From the IMG/VR virus record IMGVR_UViG_3300045988_051499: a stretch of DNA of 64,000 nucleotides, one strand, 5' to 3'. This document shows positions 39,610-48,849 of the stretch, piece after piece. The notes below the pieces were generated by a model, which was not told the DNA's origin, ran no database searches, and saw only the letters and a program-made list of their open reading frames with translations. This DNA comes from a virus. The position numbers were made by a program, and so were the translations under genes. Position 1 is the first letter of the stretch, and each line of letters opens with the position of its first letter.

Positions 39610-39895
39610 GATTCTGTAAGTTGGACAACTTATCAGTTCTTACACTGACCAGTAGCCCACCCTTACGTAAGTTGTAACTAAGTTTAATTCCGCAATGATT
39701 TAGAATTTCGATAAACTCTCTCAATGCGCTTCCCTTTAACACATTTCTGTAGACTAGTTTCTGACCATCTTGATATCCTGCTCGATAGTATTCATTCGCA
39801 ACATCAGAAATAAGCCATCGCTTAATAGGAGATACCCTACTTAAGAGTTCATTGACTCTGGTTGCGATAAAATCCATATTACTGAATACTATCAA
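39554..39895 (-). CDS. hypothetical protein
   Basis: 113-aa ORF. Confidence 0.35.
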   Translation of the reverse strand: MIVFSNMDFIATRVNELLSRVSPIKRWLISDVANEYYRAGYQDGQKLVYRNVLKGSALREFIEILNHCGIKLSYNLRKGGLLVSVRTDKLSNLQNLVNCYKNEQNKENSPDKG

Positions 39896-40052
39896 TTACA
39901 AGACTATCCACACCTAGAGTGTCTACACTCATTGTGTCAGCAACTTCTTTAACGATTGCGATAGAATCGTTTTCTGGAGCCTGAGTCTTTGTATTACCTG
40001 CACAAGCAGACATCAGTGCAACCATTCCGAAAAGCAATAGTACTTTCTTCAT
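39879..40052 (-). CDS. small lipoprotein
   Basis: 57-aa ORF below the track threshold: MKKVLLLFGMVALMSACAGN... signal peptide plus lipobox Cys. Confidence 0.4.
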   Translation of the reverse strand: MKKVLLLFGMVALMSACAGNTKTQAPENDSIAIVKEVADTMSVDTLGVDSLVIDSIQ

Positions 40053-40089
40053 TTTTCTTAATTTAAATTAGTTAATAATCATTTTATCT

Positions 40090-40146
40090 ATCAAAAAAAA
40101 AGAGTGGTTCCAGTATCTGTGCTTCACCAGATACTTTCCCCACTCC
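40090..40146 (-). terminator. rho-independent terminator
   Basis: hairpin GAGTGG-TTCC-AGTATCTG...CAGATACT-TTCC-CCACTC followed on the minus strand by a T9 run (plus A9 at 40093..40101). Confidence 0.5.
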
Positions 40147-40527
40147 TATCACTCCGAAGAGCTTGTACCATTATTAGGTTGGTCAACCTCCCTCTTCATC
40201 TTGTTGAGAATTTGGGATAATAGTCACCAAGTTTAAAGATTACTTGTAACTGAAGCAAAAGGCTAGAATCCCGAAGGGATTCCGTAACTCCTTCAACACG
40301 TGGTTGACGAGCTATGTAGGAAGCTAACGCGCAGGCAAAGATGAAGCCGTAGTCAAAGACCTAGCTACACTAACAAAGACTAAGACAAAGACTCTCAATT
40401 AGAGAGTAGGTTGTAAATTTTTGTGTAGCCAGCGAATAAAGATTAAATCCATGCGGATTTAAGAATATACTGTTCATAATTATTCCTGTTAAGTATGTTA
40501 TGTTAGCTTCCTACGGAAGTCCTCTAA
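40147..40527 (-). other. structured ORF-free region (candidate ncRNA / 3' UTR / ori-like iterons)
   Basis: 380 nt without ORFs and GC-richer than surroundings; GNRA hairpin GAATCCC-GAAG-GGGATTC; palindrome GGTTGGTCAACC; four CAAAGA(C/T) direct repeats at 40339..40400; hairpins CCTCTA..TAGAGG and CTTCC-TAC-GGAAG. Confidence 0.3.
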
Positions 40528-41439
40528 TTACTTAGAGGAAGAGTCGCCTTGTCTCCTAATCTCTTCGAAAATATCTAAAAGATTCTTAGGCAAAGCGATT
40601 TTTAGTTTGGAAATACGTTCCATTTCAGAAGTTTTCCAACTATTGAAACGACTTCTCAACTCTCCTAATTCGGAGGTATATTTGTCGTATTTTGCTTTAA
40701 ATTCAGCCATTTTCTCACGATACTCTTGTTCTTGAGTGTTAGAAAGTTTATTAACCTCCTCCTTAAGCTCAGCTTTAAGAGCATTTAACTCCTTCTCGTA
40801 AGAACGATAGGTGTCTTGAAGAGACATGAACATATTGTCCACTTTTTCTACTTCGATGGTAGGGTCTTGGTAGTAGAGAATTAAATCTCTTCCAGAGCCT
40901 TCCTTATAGATAGGACAATTCTCAGCTGCATGAACTTCTTTTCGTGCTTTACTAAAGGCTCCTTTTGGATGAATATACTTTCCATAGGTAGAAGCAAACG
41001 CCTCTAATCTTAGGAATTTATTTCTCTTGTTAATATCCCACGACTTTATGATAGTCTCTTCAGTCGGAGAAGGTAGAGCTTCTGGATACTTAGGCTGCTC
41101 TGGCAGTCCTATTCCCTGACTTTCTGCCCAATCATCAAGCATAGTAGCAGATACTTTGCCAATCATTCCTTCTTTCTCTTTAATAGCTTCTCGTACCCAA
41201 GCACAAAAACTATTCATGGCAGCGACCTTTTCCAAATCATCTTTTATAAAGTCAAGGGACTTTTGTCCTACTGTCATTAACTGCTTTTCTCCTCCACCGA
41301 TAGAGGCTACAGATACTTGAAAGAATTTCACATTATTCAAGCGTTCCTGTGCTGCTTGAATCATTTCTTGTGCGATGTTCGCATAGAAGTTTGCTGACGT
41401 AGAAGTCAACCCTTCATTTCCAAAAAATACACTGTTCAT
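40528..41439 (-). CDS. hypothetical coiled-coil protein
   Basis: 303-aa ORF. Confidence 0.4.
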   Translation of the reverse strand: MNSVFFGNEGLTSTSANFYANIAQEMIQAAQERLNNVKFFQVSVASIGGGEKQLMTVGQKSLDFIKDDLEKVAAMNSFCAWVREAIKEKEGMIGKVSATMLDDWAESQGIGLPEQPKYPEALPSPTEETIIKSWDINKRNKFLRLEAFASTYGKYIHPKGAFSKARKEVHAAENCPIYKEGSGRDLILYYQDPTIEVEKVDNMFMSLQDTYRSYEKELNALKAELKEEVNKLSNTQEQEYREKMAEFKAKYDKYTSELGELRSRFNSWKTSEMERISKLKIALPKNLLDIFEEIRRQGDSSSK

Positions 41440-41630
41440 ATTAGTTACGTTTTGTTAGTTTATCCACAACATTAATTATTGATTCTTCTCCTGCTATAAA
41501 TCCATCACGATGAACATTTCTAAGTAAACTCTTCAGAGATTCTAATTCTTCATCTGACTTTAGAGTATTTTTTCTATATATTTCAATAAGTTCTTCTATA
41601 TATCTTTCCATATTATTGATATTAAATTAG

Positions 41631-41716
41631 TACCCGAAGTGGGACTCGAACCCACACGCCCATTACTGGGCATCAGAGCTTAAATCTGACGTGTCTACCA
41701 ATTCCACCATTCGGGC
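41631..41716 (-). tRNA. tRNA-Leu(TAA)
   Basis: hand-folded cloverleaf: acceptor GCCCGAA/TTCGGGT, anticodon arm TCAGA-TTTAAGC-TCTGA, long variable arm, T arm GTGGG-TTCGAGT-CCCAC, A73. Confidence 0.8.
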
Positions 41717-41802
41717 ATAGTAATTAGCTATACTCACGTACCGCTAATCAACTTACTATAATAACAGTACAAGTGTTAAATTCAAAGTTAAAAACCGTTA
41801 AC

Positions 41803-42117
41803 TTATTTAAACTGCAAACAAATGTTAATAAATTTATCGACATCAGTTCCGCAATCTACATAATTCGGAGTGTTAGCTTCGAAGTATTTGAGAACGGCCT
41901 CTGTTCCAAAAAGTCCTATCTCTTCGAAGTCATACCCCTCACCGTGAATATCCGATGTAGGCATATTTGGTCTGAATACTAACCAGGCTGTACCAGGAAA
42001 TTCACAACACGTACAAACAGTCAATCCACTTTCTCTTAGTTTATCTAAGATTTGTGGACTAACTGTTTTCAATACGACACAATTATCCGAGTTCTGCAAG
42101 TCGTTGTCTGATTTCAT
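41803..42117 (-). CDS. hypothetical protein
   Basis: 104-aa ORF. Confidence 0.35.
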   Translation of the reverse strand: MKSDNDLQNSDNCVVLKTVSPQILDKLRESGLTVCTCCEFPGTAWLVFRPNMPTSDIHGEGYDFEEIGLFGTEAVLKYFEANTPNYVDCGTDVDKFINICLQFK

Positions 42118-42457
42118 CTTCGGACATACTTTCCATTTTCTCGGACTGTTTCTTAGCCAGCAGTTCAGTCAGGCGTGCCTTCTCAGCTGCCTTATCTTTA
42201 GCTGCTTCTCTAGCGGCCTTGTCTTTCAGCTTATCAGTGATAACATCTTTCACAATATTGAACTTTAACTCCAGTTCGCTATTGCTAGGAGTATCATTAG
42301 TTATGAAAGATTTTCTAGGACTCTTGGCTAATTCCTCGTCATAGGACACTGCCAGTCTGTCCAATGCAGGCAGACTTAAGTCCCACAAATCTTCCACACT
42401 CAAATTACCTTTACTAGTTGCAAAGCGCAACTTCATTTTAGACGCTTGTTTGTACAT
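42083..42457 (-). CDS. hypothetical Lys/Ala-rich protein
   Basis: 124-aa ORF. Confidence 0.35.
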   Translation of the reverse strand: MYKQASKMKLRFATSKGNLSVEDLWDLSLPALDRLAVSYDEELAKSPRKSFITNDTPSNSELELKFNIVKDVITDKLKDKAAREAAKDKAAEKARLTELLAKKQSEKMESMSEDEIRQRLAELG

Positions 42458-42459
42458 AA

Positions 42460-44475
42460 TTAGAATTTAATTTTAAATGGTTTATTATCGACTTTAACTA
42501 CAACCTCGTCGTGAGACGTACTAGAGAATCCTAGTCCACTCAACTGGTTATCGTTGTATTCTGCTTTAGCTCTAGAGCCAATAGCTTCGAATACTCTCTT
42601 ATGATCTTTTTCGAGATCGGGTCTCAGATATTCATTGAAGAATCCTCGAACTGGGTCAGGATTTTTACATCCATCAATCATGAAGAATAGGTGCTTGTTT
42701 CCTATTTCATTACCTTCCCAATAATTTGGAGAATACATGATGCAAGAAACAGTTTGGAAACGCATAGTATCAATGCCCCACTCGTTCATAGACTTATATG
42801 AGGTTGCACCTTCGGCAATTACCGGACTTAGGGTTATATTACCAATAGAATCTACCTTGATAGTTGCTACCGTAATATATTTTCTGTCTGGCACCATCTT
42901 ATCATAGTTGAACTTATGAAGCTCTCCATTGATTTCGATTTCTACCTCGAATCCAAAGTCTATATGCTCTCTTTTGCAGAAGTTATGCACTCTCACTACA
43001 TATTGACCTGCTCTGAGTCTAGATTGGTCAGTCCAGATAATATTCTCAACTGCATCTCTGGTTTTACCAGAACCAGCGTTCATATCTACATCTAGTGTAC
43101 CACCAGTTAATCCTCTCTTGTGTCCGTAATAGATTTCATTACCACCAGGTTCTGTTACATGGAGGTCAAGGTCATCATAGTTAAACCAGTGTAGAGAACA
43201 CCTTAGGAATCCATTTACGTTACCACCTGCTGCTTTCACTTTCTCCTTAAATGAATCCGCCATAGAGCCATTATACACCCAAGCGAAGTTATTCTTCCAT
43301 TTGAACAGCTGACCTGCATCAGGGTTCTCTGGAGCAGTTAGGGTAACAAAATTAGGAATATGCTTATTCTCAACAAGAATTTGCACATCCTTAGAGTGCG
43401 GCAATACATTAGTTACAAACTCCGAAATTGAGATTTCAGTAGCTTTGGTATACTCTTTAGGATTAACCATTGAGGTCTCTTTTAAAGAGTCAAATATACC
43501 TCCTTTCATACGTGAACGAGTATCTCTATTTACGAACAGAACGTCGTTTACAGAAATATCTTCTACACGAGCATGACGGCGAGGAAGGGCATCAGTTAAC
43601 CCAAGTTCTTCAACCTTCTTCTGAGCAGCCTCAATTTGTTTCTTAGTAATAAGAGCAGTAGGTCTCTTATAGTTAGATGGAGCCATAATGTTCTCATAAG
43701 ACTTAACAGCTCTTTCCAGGTCCACACCATTACTTAAGTCAATCAGTAGAGTTCCCATAGCTGTATTTCTAATCTTAGCTATTGGAGATTTGAAGTTAAA
43801 CCAACAATAGTTAGTGCGAACCTCTGGTGAGAGATTATCGGCCTCAAGCATAGTTCTTCTGAACTCTTGCAGAGTCTTTAGGAACTCCTCTCCGCGATAG
43901 AGATTATTATCCTCTATCAACTCAATTACGGTTTCTACCGCACTTAGTTTAAGCTCGGAAAGAGAGCGTTCAAAGACACCAGCTCTAGCTCTAACATCTC
44001 CGCGATAACCTGCGGCAGAATCGAAATGATGTACTCTCTTGTTGAATTTAAACTTGTTAGGAATAGTCACGTACAAGTGAGTCCAAGTTCTAGTAGTTCC
44101 ATCAGGAAGAAGTTGCACATTATGGTCACAACCGTGAAACTCATTAACATCCTGAATGAATATATCTCCTATTCCAGCTTCCTTAACGAGCTTAGCTAAA
44201 TCAGATGCGGTCTTTTCATAGCCAGGAGTGTGAACATCATCCCAGAAGGTTTTCACCTTGTAGGTTTGAGGGTCTATAGCGACTACCTTACCATAGTGAC
44301 GTATGAAAGACTTACAAGCATTACAATTGTGATCTTGCCGAATTGTTTCGTCCTCAAAGGAGAGAAGATAACTCATCCACAAAAGGTCTTTGTCTACATT
44401 AACTACAAATAAATTATCTGCAATCATAGCATTGAAAGCAGACTCTACATCTTTCTTGAAATCTTTAAAATTCAT
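42460..44475 (-). CDS. large conserved-looking hypothetical protein
   Basis: 671 aa; no catalytic motif recognised by eye. Confidence 0.45.
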   Translation of the reverse strand: MNFKDFKKDVESAFNAMIADNLFVVNVDKDLLWMSYLLSFEDETIRQDHNCNACKSFIRHYGKVVAIDPQTYKVKTFWDDVHTPGYEKTASDLAKLVKEAGIGDIFIQDVNEFHGCDHNVQLLPDGTTRTWTHLYVTIPNKFKFNKRVHHFDSAAGYRGDVRARAGVFERSLSELKLSAVETVIELIEDNNLYRGEEFLKTLQEFRRTMLEADNLSPEVRTNYCWFNFKSPIAKIRNTAMGTLLIDLSNGVDLERAVKSYENIMAPSNYKRPTALITKKQIEAAQKKVEELGLTDALPRRHARVEDISVNDVLFVNRDTRSRMKGGIFDSLKETSMVNPKEYTKATEISISEFVTNVLPHSKDVQILVENKHIPNFVTLTAPENPDAGQLFKWKNNFAWVYNGSMADSFKEKVKAAGGNVNGFLRCSLHWFNYDDLDLHVTEPGGNEIYYGHKRGLTGGTLDVDMNAGSGKTRDAVENIIWTDQSRLRAGQYVVRVHNFCKREHIDFGFEVEIEINGELHKFNYDKMVPDRKYITVATIKVDSIGNITLSPVIAEGATSYKSMNEWGIDTMRFQTVSCIMYSPNYWEGNEIGNKHLFFMIDGCKNPDPVRGFFNEYLRPDLEKDHKRVFEAIGSRAKAEYNDNQLSGLGFSSTSHDEVVVKVDNKPFKIKF

Positions 44476-44556
44476 AATCTTTATTCGTTAAATATTTGAT
44501 TGCATAATATAATAGTTAGACCAGTCATAACTGCGGTCTCAAAACCCATTACTTCC

Positions 44557-44823
44557 CTAGTTACTAATAGTATTGTTCCCATCAGAACTATTACTAGTAA
44601 TCTTACTAATTCCTTTTTCCACCATTTCATGCTCTAGCTTCTTCAAAGTTTCTACACTCTCCTCATTGAACTTATCCACTCCCAGCTCACTAATCTTATA
44701 TATCATAAGAATTTGGTGAAATCTTAGATAAGGATATTGGTCAATGATTTGACTCAATCTAGTTAATATCTTGAAATTAGCTTTCTTTCTAAATTTGATA
44801 GCTTCTTCAATTTGAGCTTCCAT
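44557..44823 (-). CDS. hypothetical protein
   Basis: 88-aa ORF. Confidence 0.3.
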   Translation of the reverse strand: MEAQIEEAIKFRKKANFKILTRLSQIIDQYPYLRFHQILMIYKISELGVDKFNEESVETLKKLEHEMVEKGISKITSNSSDGNNTISN

Positions 44824-45301
44824 ATTTATTAAGTATATCTAATTCCAATTCCTTAACTTTACTTTCATACAAGGAATCCTCAGCGTAGCCAATTCTGTCT
44901 AGGAATTTGTAATAATCCTCTTCTGGGTTATACTTACTAAGGATAAATTGCTTATAAGCGAACACACAGCTTATCCAACTATCGAACTTGAAGTAAGACA
45001 TTGTTCTGGAGTTATACAACCCGAACAGATTGTTATTGTCCTTACAAAGTTTCGATTTAAAATTGCCAGATTCCAGAACAGCCTGAGCTGTTATAATTGC
45101 TGGATTTGGAAAATCGTAATGCTTCAAAGTATTGTACAATACTTCTTCGTTTACTTCATCCAATAAGTAGAATGGATGCTCTGGCAGCAATACCATTTCC
45201 TCCTGTTTCTGATTGAAATGTATCAGATGATGCAAAGAATAACCAGTTGCAAATCCGAATACAATACTAATCATAAGGATAATTAAAACTTTCTTTTTCA
45301 T
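44807..45301 (-). CDS. membrane-anchored peptidoglycan hydrolase (glucosaminidase/FlgJ-type domain)
   Basis: N-terminal TM; AQAVLESGNFKSKLCKDNNNLFGLY matches the glucosaminidase family core (A..ESGWG...NNLFGI). Confidence 0.6.
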   Translation of the reverse strand: MKKKVLIILMISIVFGFATGYSLHHLIHFNQKQEEMVLLPEHPFYLLDEVNEEVLYNTLKHYDFPNPAIITAQAVLESGNFKSKLCKDNNNLFGLYNSRTMSYFKFDSWISCVFAYKQFILSKYNPEEDYYKFLDRIGYAEDSLYESKVKELELDILNKYGSSN

Positions 45302-45455
45302 AAAACTTCTTCTTCTATTAATCTAATATCCCAGTAATTTTGAGTTACCGCCCATTCTATAGCGTCTTTCTTCTCTAGAAAAAGAGGAGAGATCTTCTCA
45401 TAGTTTATAGGGACTTGCCCGTCATATGCCGTGGGAATTGAAATATAATATACTT

Positions 45456-45758
45456 TCATATCTCAATTGAATTAATAAATCTCGCATCATTAGCTAATTG
45501 ATATACAGTAGTATTTAGCTCTGGCACATAGACTATATAGTAGTAATCAAAGAATTGATTATTATCCTCAAATCCTATGATTACTCCTTTTCGTCCTCCA
45601 TCTACAATGCAGTCTCTATACATATATTTTGCAATATCTTGACGGATTCCGTCATGATTTATTACAGCCTGCAATGCAGAAAGTCCGTAGTAAGATGTAT
45701 TTACACCCCTTATCTCATGTCCAAGCAAATCTTTATCAAAAGGAGAACTTACTATCAT
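45456..45758 (-). CDS. hypothetical protein
   Basis: 100-aa ORF. Confidence 0.3.
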   Translation of the reverse strand: MIVSSPFDKDLLGHEIRGVNTSYYGLSALQAVINHDGIRQDIAKYMYRDCIVDGGRKGVIIGFEDNNQFFDYYYIVYVPELNTTVYQLANDARFINSIEI

Positions 45759-46078
45759 AACAATACTTTAGTTAGGTCCTCTACAGTTAGATTAGCTATC
45801 TTCGATAATTCACAGATTTGGTTTGAGAAATCTAGCCTTGTTTTAAGTTCTAAATCCCTCCATTGCCGTACCTCCTCTCGACTCTTTCTAAGTTCTTCTT
45901 GTAAGTAGGATATAGCCGCCCTTGCTGACTTTAATTGCTCTGTAGAACAAACGACAAAGTGCTTAGCTCCCTTCTTATTTGTAGAAGGAAGAGCGGCCTC
46001 AGCCTCTTCAATACTATCGAACTGTCCTAAGATAAAAGGAATATTATTACATTCCTTAATTAAATAGTACTTACTCAT
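45755..46078 (-). CDS. hypothetical protein
   Basis: 107-aa ORF. Confidence 0.3.
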   Translation of the reverse strand: MSKYYLIKECNNIPFILGQFDSIEEAEAALPSTNKKGAKHFVVCSTEQLKSARAAISYLQEELRKSREEVRQWRDLELKTRLDFSNQICELSKIANLTVEDLTKVLL

Positions 46079-46295
46079 CTTTAATTCCTAGATAATCCTT
46101 TAATAATTGAATGTTTCCTTCTCTCAAATGCCGAATAAAAGCCTCCCTTTCTCTCTCAAATAGCAGAATTTTACTCTCTAACAGGTCTATTCGTCTTTGT
46201 TGATTTTCCTCGTATTCTTCAATAGCGTCAGAAATTGCTTTAAGTATAGAAGATTCCTTCATAGCGCTACTCATTGTAGAACTCTTCGTCCCCAT
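46071..46295 (-). CDS. hypothetical protein
   Basis: 74-aa ORF. Confidence 0.3.
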   Translation of the reverse strand: MGTKSSTMSSAMKESSILKAISDAIEEYEENQQRRIDLLESKILLFEREREAFIRHLREGNIQLLKDYLGIKDE

Positions 46296-46692
46296 TATCG
46301 TCGCCTATAGGATTCTCCCATCCGTACTTTACAGCAGTAGCCTTAAACAAAGGCAACCCATACATAGCATAATTCTCTTCAGGATAATTCTCTAAGCCCT
46401 CTTCTAGAACTTGATTCCATCTTAGTACCACGTAGAACATTAGGCTAGCTGAAATGCCTCTCTGGTCTAGAGCCTTCTCAAAACCAAACTCTACGTCAGA
46501 CTTAAGTTGCTCTAGGATATTCCCTCTAGTCCATTCCTTAGGCTCTGGATAAGGCTCATCACCATCGTACTTGAAGCCTATTTTTTCTAACTGCTCTTCT
46601 GTTAAAAACTTTGCTAATCTAGAACCGAAACGGTCATCGAGAACTACGGCATAGTCTTTGTAATTGTCTAAAATCTCATTTAACGTTTTCAT
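46267..46692 (-). CDS. hypothetical protein
   Basis: 141-aa acidic ORF. Confidence 0.35.
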   Translation of the reverse strand: MKTLNEILDNYKDYAVVLDDRFGSRLAKFLTEEQLEKIGFKYDGDEPYPEPKEWTRGNILEQLKSDVEFGFEKALDQRGISASLMFYVVLRWNQVLEEGLENYPEENYAMYGLPLFKATAVKYGWENPIGDDNGDEEFYNE

Positions 46693-46695
46693 TTT

Positions 46696-47016
46696 TTACA
46701 TATCTTTTAGGTAAATATTTTGAGGATATTCCCCGAATACTGATAGAGTTACAGCACAAATCCATACCCTGTCATTGTAATTCTTACTTTTGCATAAGTA
46801 AGTTGCTCCACATTCATCCTCCTCAATTTTAGACAACGTTATCTTAGCTGCAGCTGGGTCAACCATCTGCAATCTAACAAACTTATTATCTAGAGAATCA
46901 AGAAGTTCATCTGCACCACCAACCATTGCTAGTTCCTCTGGTGTTCCGTCGTAATCTGGCCACCAATAGAACCAGACTCCTCCAACCTTTACAAACTCAA
47001 ATGTTTTTCTCATCAA
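46696..47016 (-). CDS. hypothetical protein
   Basis: 106-aa ORF, TTG start. Confidence 0.3.
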   Translation of the reverse strand: MMRKTFEFVKVGGVWFYWWPDYDGTPEELAMVGGADELLDSLDNKFVRLQMVDPAAAKITLSKIEEDECGATYLCKSKNYNDRVWICAVTLSVFGEYPQNIYLKDM

Positions 47017-47030
47017 TTATTAATTATATT

Positions 47031-47066
47031 AAACAAAAAATACCCCAACAACTTCCGCTGCTGGGG
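47031..47066 (-). terminator. putative rho-independent terminator
   Basis: imperfect hairpin CCCCAGCAGCGGAAGTTGTTGGGG followed on the minus strand by TATTTTTTGTTT, directly after tRNA-Glu. Confidence 0.4.
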
Positions 47067-47073
47067 TACATAG

Positions 47074-47145
47074 TAACGCCAACGGGATTCGAACCCGTAT
47101 GGCAGGCGTGAAAAGCCTGAATCCTAACCATTAGATGATGGCGCT
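47074..47145 (-). tRNA. tRNA-Glu(TTC)
   Basis: acceptor AGCGCCA/TGGCGTT, 3-bp D stem as in E. coli tRNA-Glu, anticodon arm CAGGC-TTTTCAC-GCCTG, T arm ACGGG-TTCGAAT-CCCGT. Confidence 0.7.
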
Positions 47146-47148
47146 ATC

Positions 47149-47823
47149 CTACTGCACAATCAAGCTATAAGCTTCTTGCAACAGTTTAATAGTTGGAACC
47201 ATACGGTTATCAACAACTATTATTTTATAAATGTTCAGAATTTCTTTGTAGGTTAAAGATGTACAAGTTAGAAATATCTGCACATCTTCGTTTACAGAAC
47301 CATTTGACAATCCCAAATCTACTTTAATCATACTGGGTAATGTTCCAATCTGAGAAATGTCCCAAGTAGATTTAGTTCTCCTGAAAACTTCCCGCTGTTT
47401 GGAAGTAAGTTGCTTTTCTTTCAATCTAGACTCAATAATAGTACCATCAAACGTTAACGAACCTCCATCGGTATTACTATTATTTAATGCTAGCTGAATC
47501 TTCTGAACTGCAGAGTCTTTAGGTTTTGGCTTAAGTTGCACTCCTTCCTTCAAGCCCTTAATAATCTGCAATGAAGGAATAAAGTCTTTTATTTGAGTTG
47601 CATTCCACACAAGAAATTTTCCAGGACTATCTTTAACAGTAACTATATACTTAGTCCCTCCGTTCAATGGAATAATCACTTGTAAGTCTGCATCACTCAT
47701 TTTACTTAAATGGTCTGATACTCTAACTTTGACGTTTCCAATGACAAAGTAGCGAGAAACAGTTGTTTCCGCTTCGATAATCTCAGTAGCAGTTGCTACT
47801 AAATACTTTTCCAATCTAGTCAT
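47149..47823 (-). CDS. hypothetical protein
   Basis: 224-aa ORF between tRNA-Glu and tRNA-Thr. Confidence 0.4.
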   Translation of the reverse strand: MTRLEKYLVATATEIIEAETTVSRYFVIGNVKVRVSDHLSKMSDADLQVIIPLNGGTKYIVTVKDSPGKFLVWNATQIKDFIPSLQIIKGLKEGVQLKPKPKDSAVQKIQLALNNSNTDGGSLTFDGTIIESRLKEKQLTSKQREVFRRTKSTWDISQIGTLPSMIKVDLGLSNGSVNEDVQIFLTCTSLTYKEILNIYKIIVVDNRMVPTIKLLQEAYSLIVQ

Positions 47824-47850
47824 AAAAATTAATCTAATTTAATGGTTAAG

Positions 47851-47923
47851 ATCCCCCACTCGGATTCGAACCGAGGTCTCGAGATTACAAATCACGTGTT
47901 CTAACCAACTAAACTACAGGGGA
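47851..47923 (-). tRNA. tRNA-Thr(TGT)
   Basis: acceptor TCCCCTG/TGGGGGA (two G-U pairs), anticodon loop TTTGTAA (one U-U in stem), T arm CTCGG-TTCGAAT-CCGAG. Confidence 0.65.
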
Positions 47924-47930
47924 ATAAATG

Positions 47931-47967
47931 CCGAGACTGGGGGATTCGAACCCCAACCTTCACAGTG
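47931..47967 (-). other. tRNA 3'-half-like fragment
   Basis: minus strand CACTGTGAAGG-TTGGGG-TTCGAAT-CCCCA-GTCTCGG-CA: variable, T arm and acceptor 3' strand with no 5' half; abuts tRNA-Asp. Confidence 0.4.
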
Positions 47968-48039
47968 CCGAGAGTACCAGACTCGAACTGGTGACCTTCG
48001 CATAGACAGTGCACTATTCTACCACTGAACTAACCCTCG
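47968..48039 (-). tRNA. tRNA-Asp(GTC)
   Basis: acceptor CGAGGGT/ACTCTCG; D arm TAGTTCAGTGGTAGAATA nearly identical to E. coli tRNA-Asp; anticodon loop CTGTCTA has unusual T37 and a G-A mismatch closing the stem; T arm ACCAG-TTCGAGT-CTGGT. Confidence 0.6.
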
Positions 48040-48050
48040 GTGTAACTGGA

Positions 48051-48602
48051 TTACTCCAGACTAATTAAACCCTTCTCTAACATAATATGGTGATTCGGAC
48101 ATAACCATACTAAATTATTCTCGTTGTTAATCTCCTTAATAAGAGTGTCTTCGTCAAATTCTAATATTCCTTTAAGATGATGTACTTCAAGTATTGCATC
48201 AAATTCATGATTATGACAATATTGACATACTTTCTCACGTTCGGAACTTTCTAATACTCTACGAGCATTAGTCCTTATTTCTTGACATTTAGATGATAAG
48301 TACTTCTGCCCAGATGTATAATAACCTAATGTTTTGTTACCAATTCCATTAAGTTCTTCCCAGCAACTACGACACATTTCTGAATCTTTATGCTTAGGTT
48401 TACCACATCTAGGACATATCTTGTTTTCATCGTGCTTTATCCTACCTCTATTATTGTAAGAAGCAGCACACGAATGACTACAAAACTGTTTCTTCCTCAC
48501 ATCTGCGACCCTCTGATTATCTAGTACTTCGATTACCTTACCACATTCCTTACAGTGGTTAGGATTCTCATAATACAATTTAAGAGATTGTTCTCGATTC
48601 AC
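48051..48602 (-). CDS. HNH homing endonuclease
   Basis: Zn-ribbon Cys pairs and C-terminal HNH motif EVHHLKG...CPNHHIMLEKG; embedded in tRNA cluster. Confidence 0.65.
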   Translation of the reverse strand: MNREQSLKLYYENPNHCKECGKVIEVLDNQRVADVRKKQFCSHSCAASYNNRGRIKHDENKICPRCGKPKHKDSEMCRSCWEELNGIGNKTLGYYTSGQKYLSSKCQEIRTNARRVLESSEREKVCQYCHNHEFDAILEVHHLKGILEFDEDTLIKEINNENNLVWLCPNHHIMLEKGLISLE

Positions 48603-48751
48603 AGATAAGTTTAATTAATTTTAATGACAGTGTGATATGCAAGCCATTACACCACAGCCTCGATATTTAATCCCAGTACCATATTTCTCTGAGGATTTTT
48701 ACTTGTTGTTTGATTTGTTCAGAAATTTTCTACATATTATTTACAGTGTTA

Positions 48752-48824
48752 GTTGGGAAGGGCAGAGTTGAACTGCCGTCTAGAAATTATCAGTTTCTTG
48801 TTCTAACCGTTAAACTACATCCCA
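48752..48824 (-). tRNA. tRNA-Ile(GAT)
   Basis: acceptor TGGGATG/CTTCCCA (one mismatch), anticodon arm AGAAA-CTGATAA-TTTCT, T arm GGCAG-TTCAACT-CTGCC. Confidence 0.65.
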
Positions 48825-48849
48825 ATCGGTTGAGCTATAGCCCTGTCAT

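Noticed and set aside
44476-44559. ORF 44557..44823 ends in TAG and the next ORF (42460..44475) is in the same frame, so possible read-through
   Set aside because: Translating through the TAG hits a TGA after 5 codons, so the two are separate genes. Only the GIY-YIG and 21619..22164 cases stay open across TAG.
46692-46698. Adjacent same-frame ORFs 46696..47016 and 46267..46692, and likewise 29528..29851 / 28619..29482, as possible read-through
   Set aside because: The separating stops are TAA, not TAG, and the downstream ORFs have their own ATG. Same-frame adjacency is expected by chance in one third of pairs.
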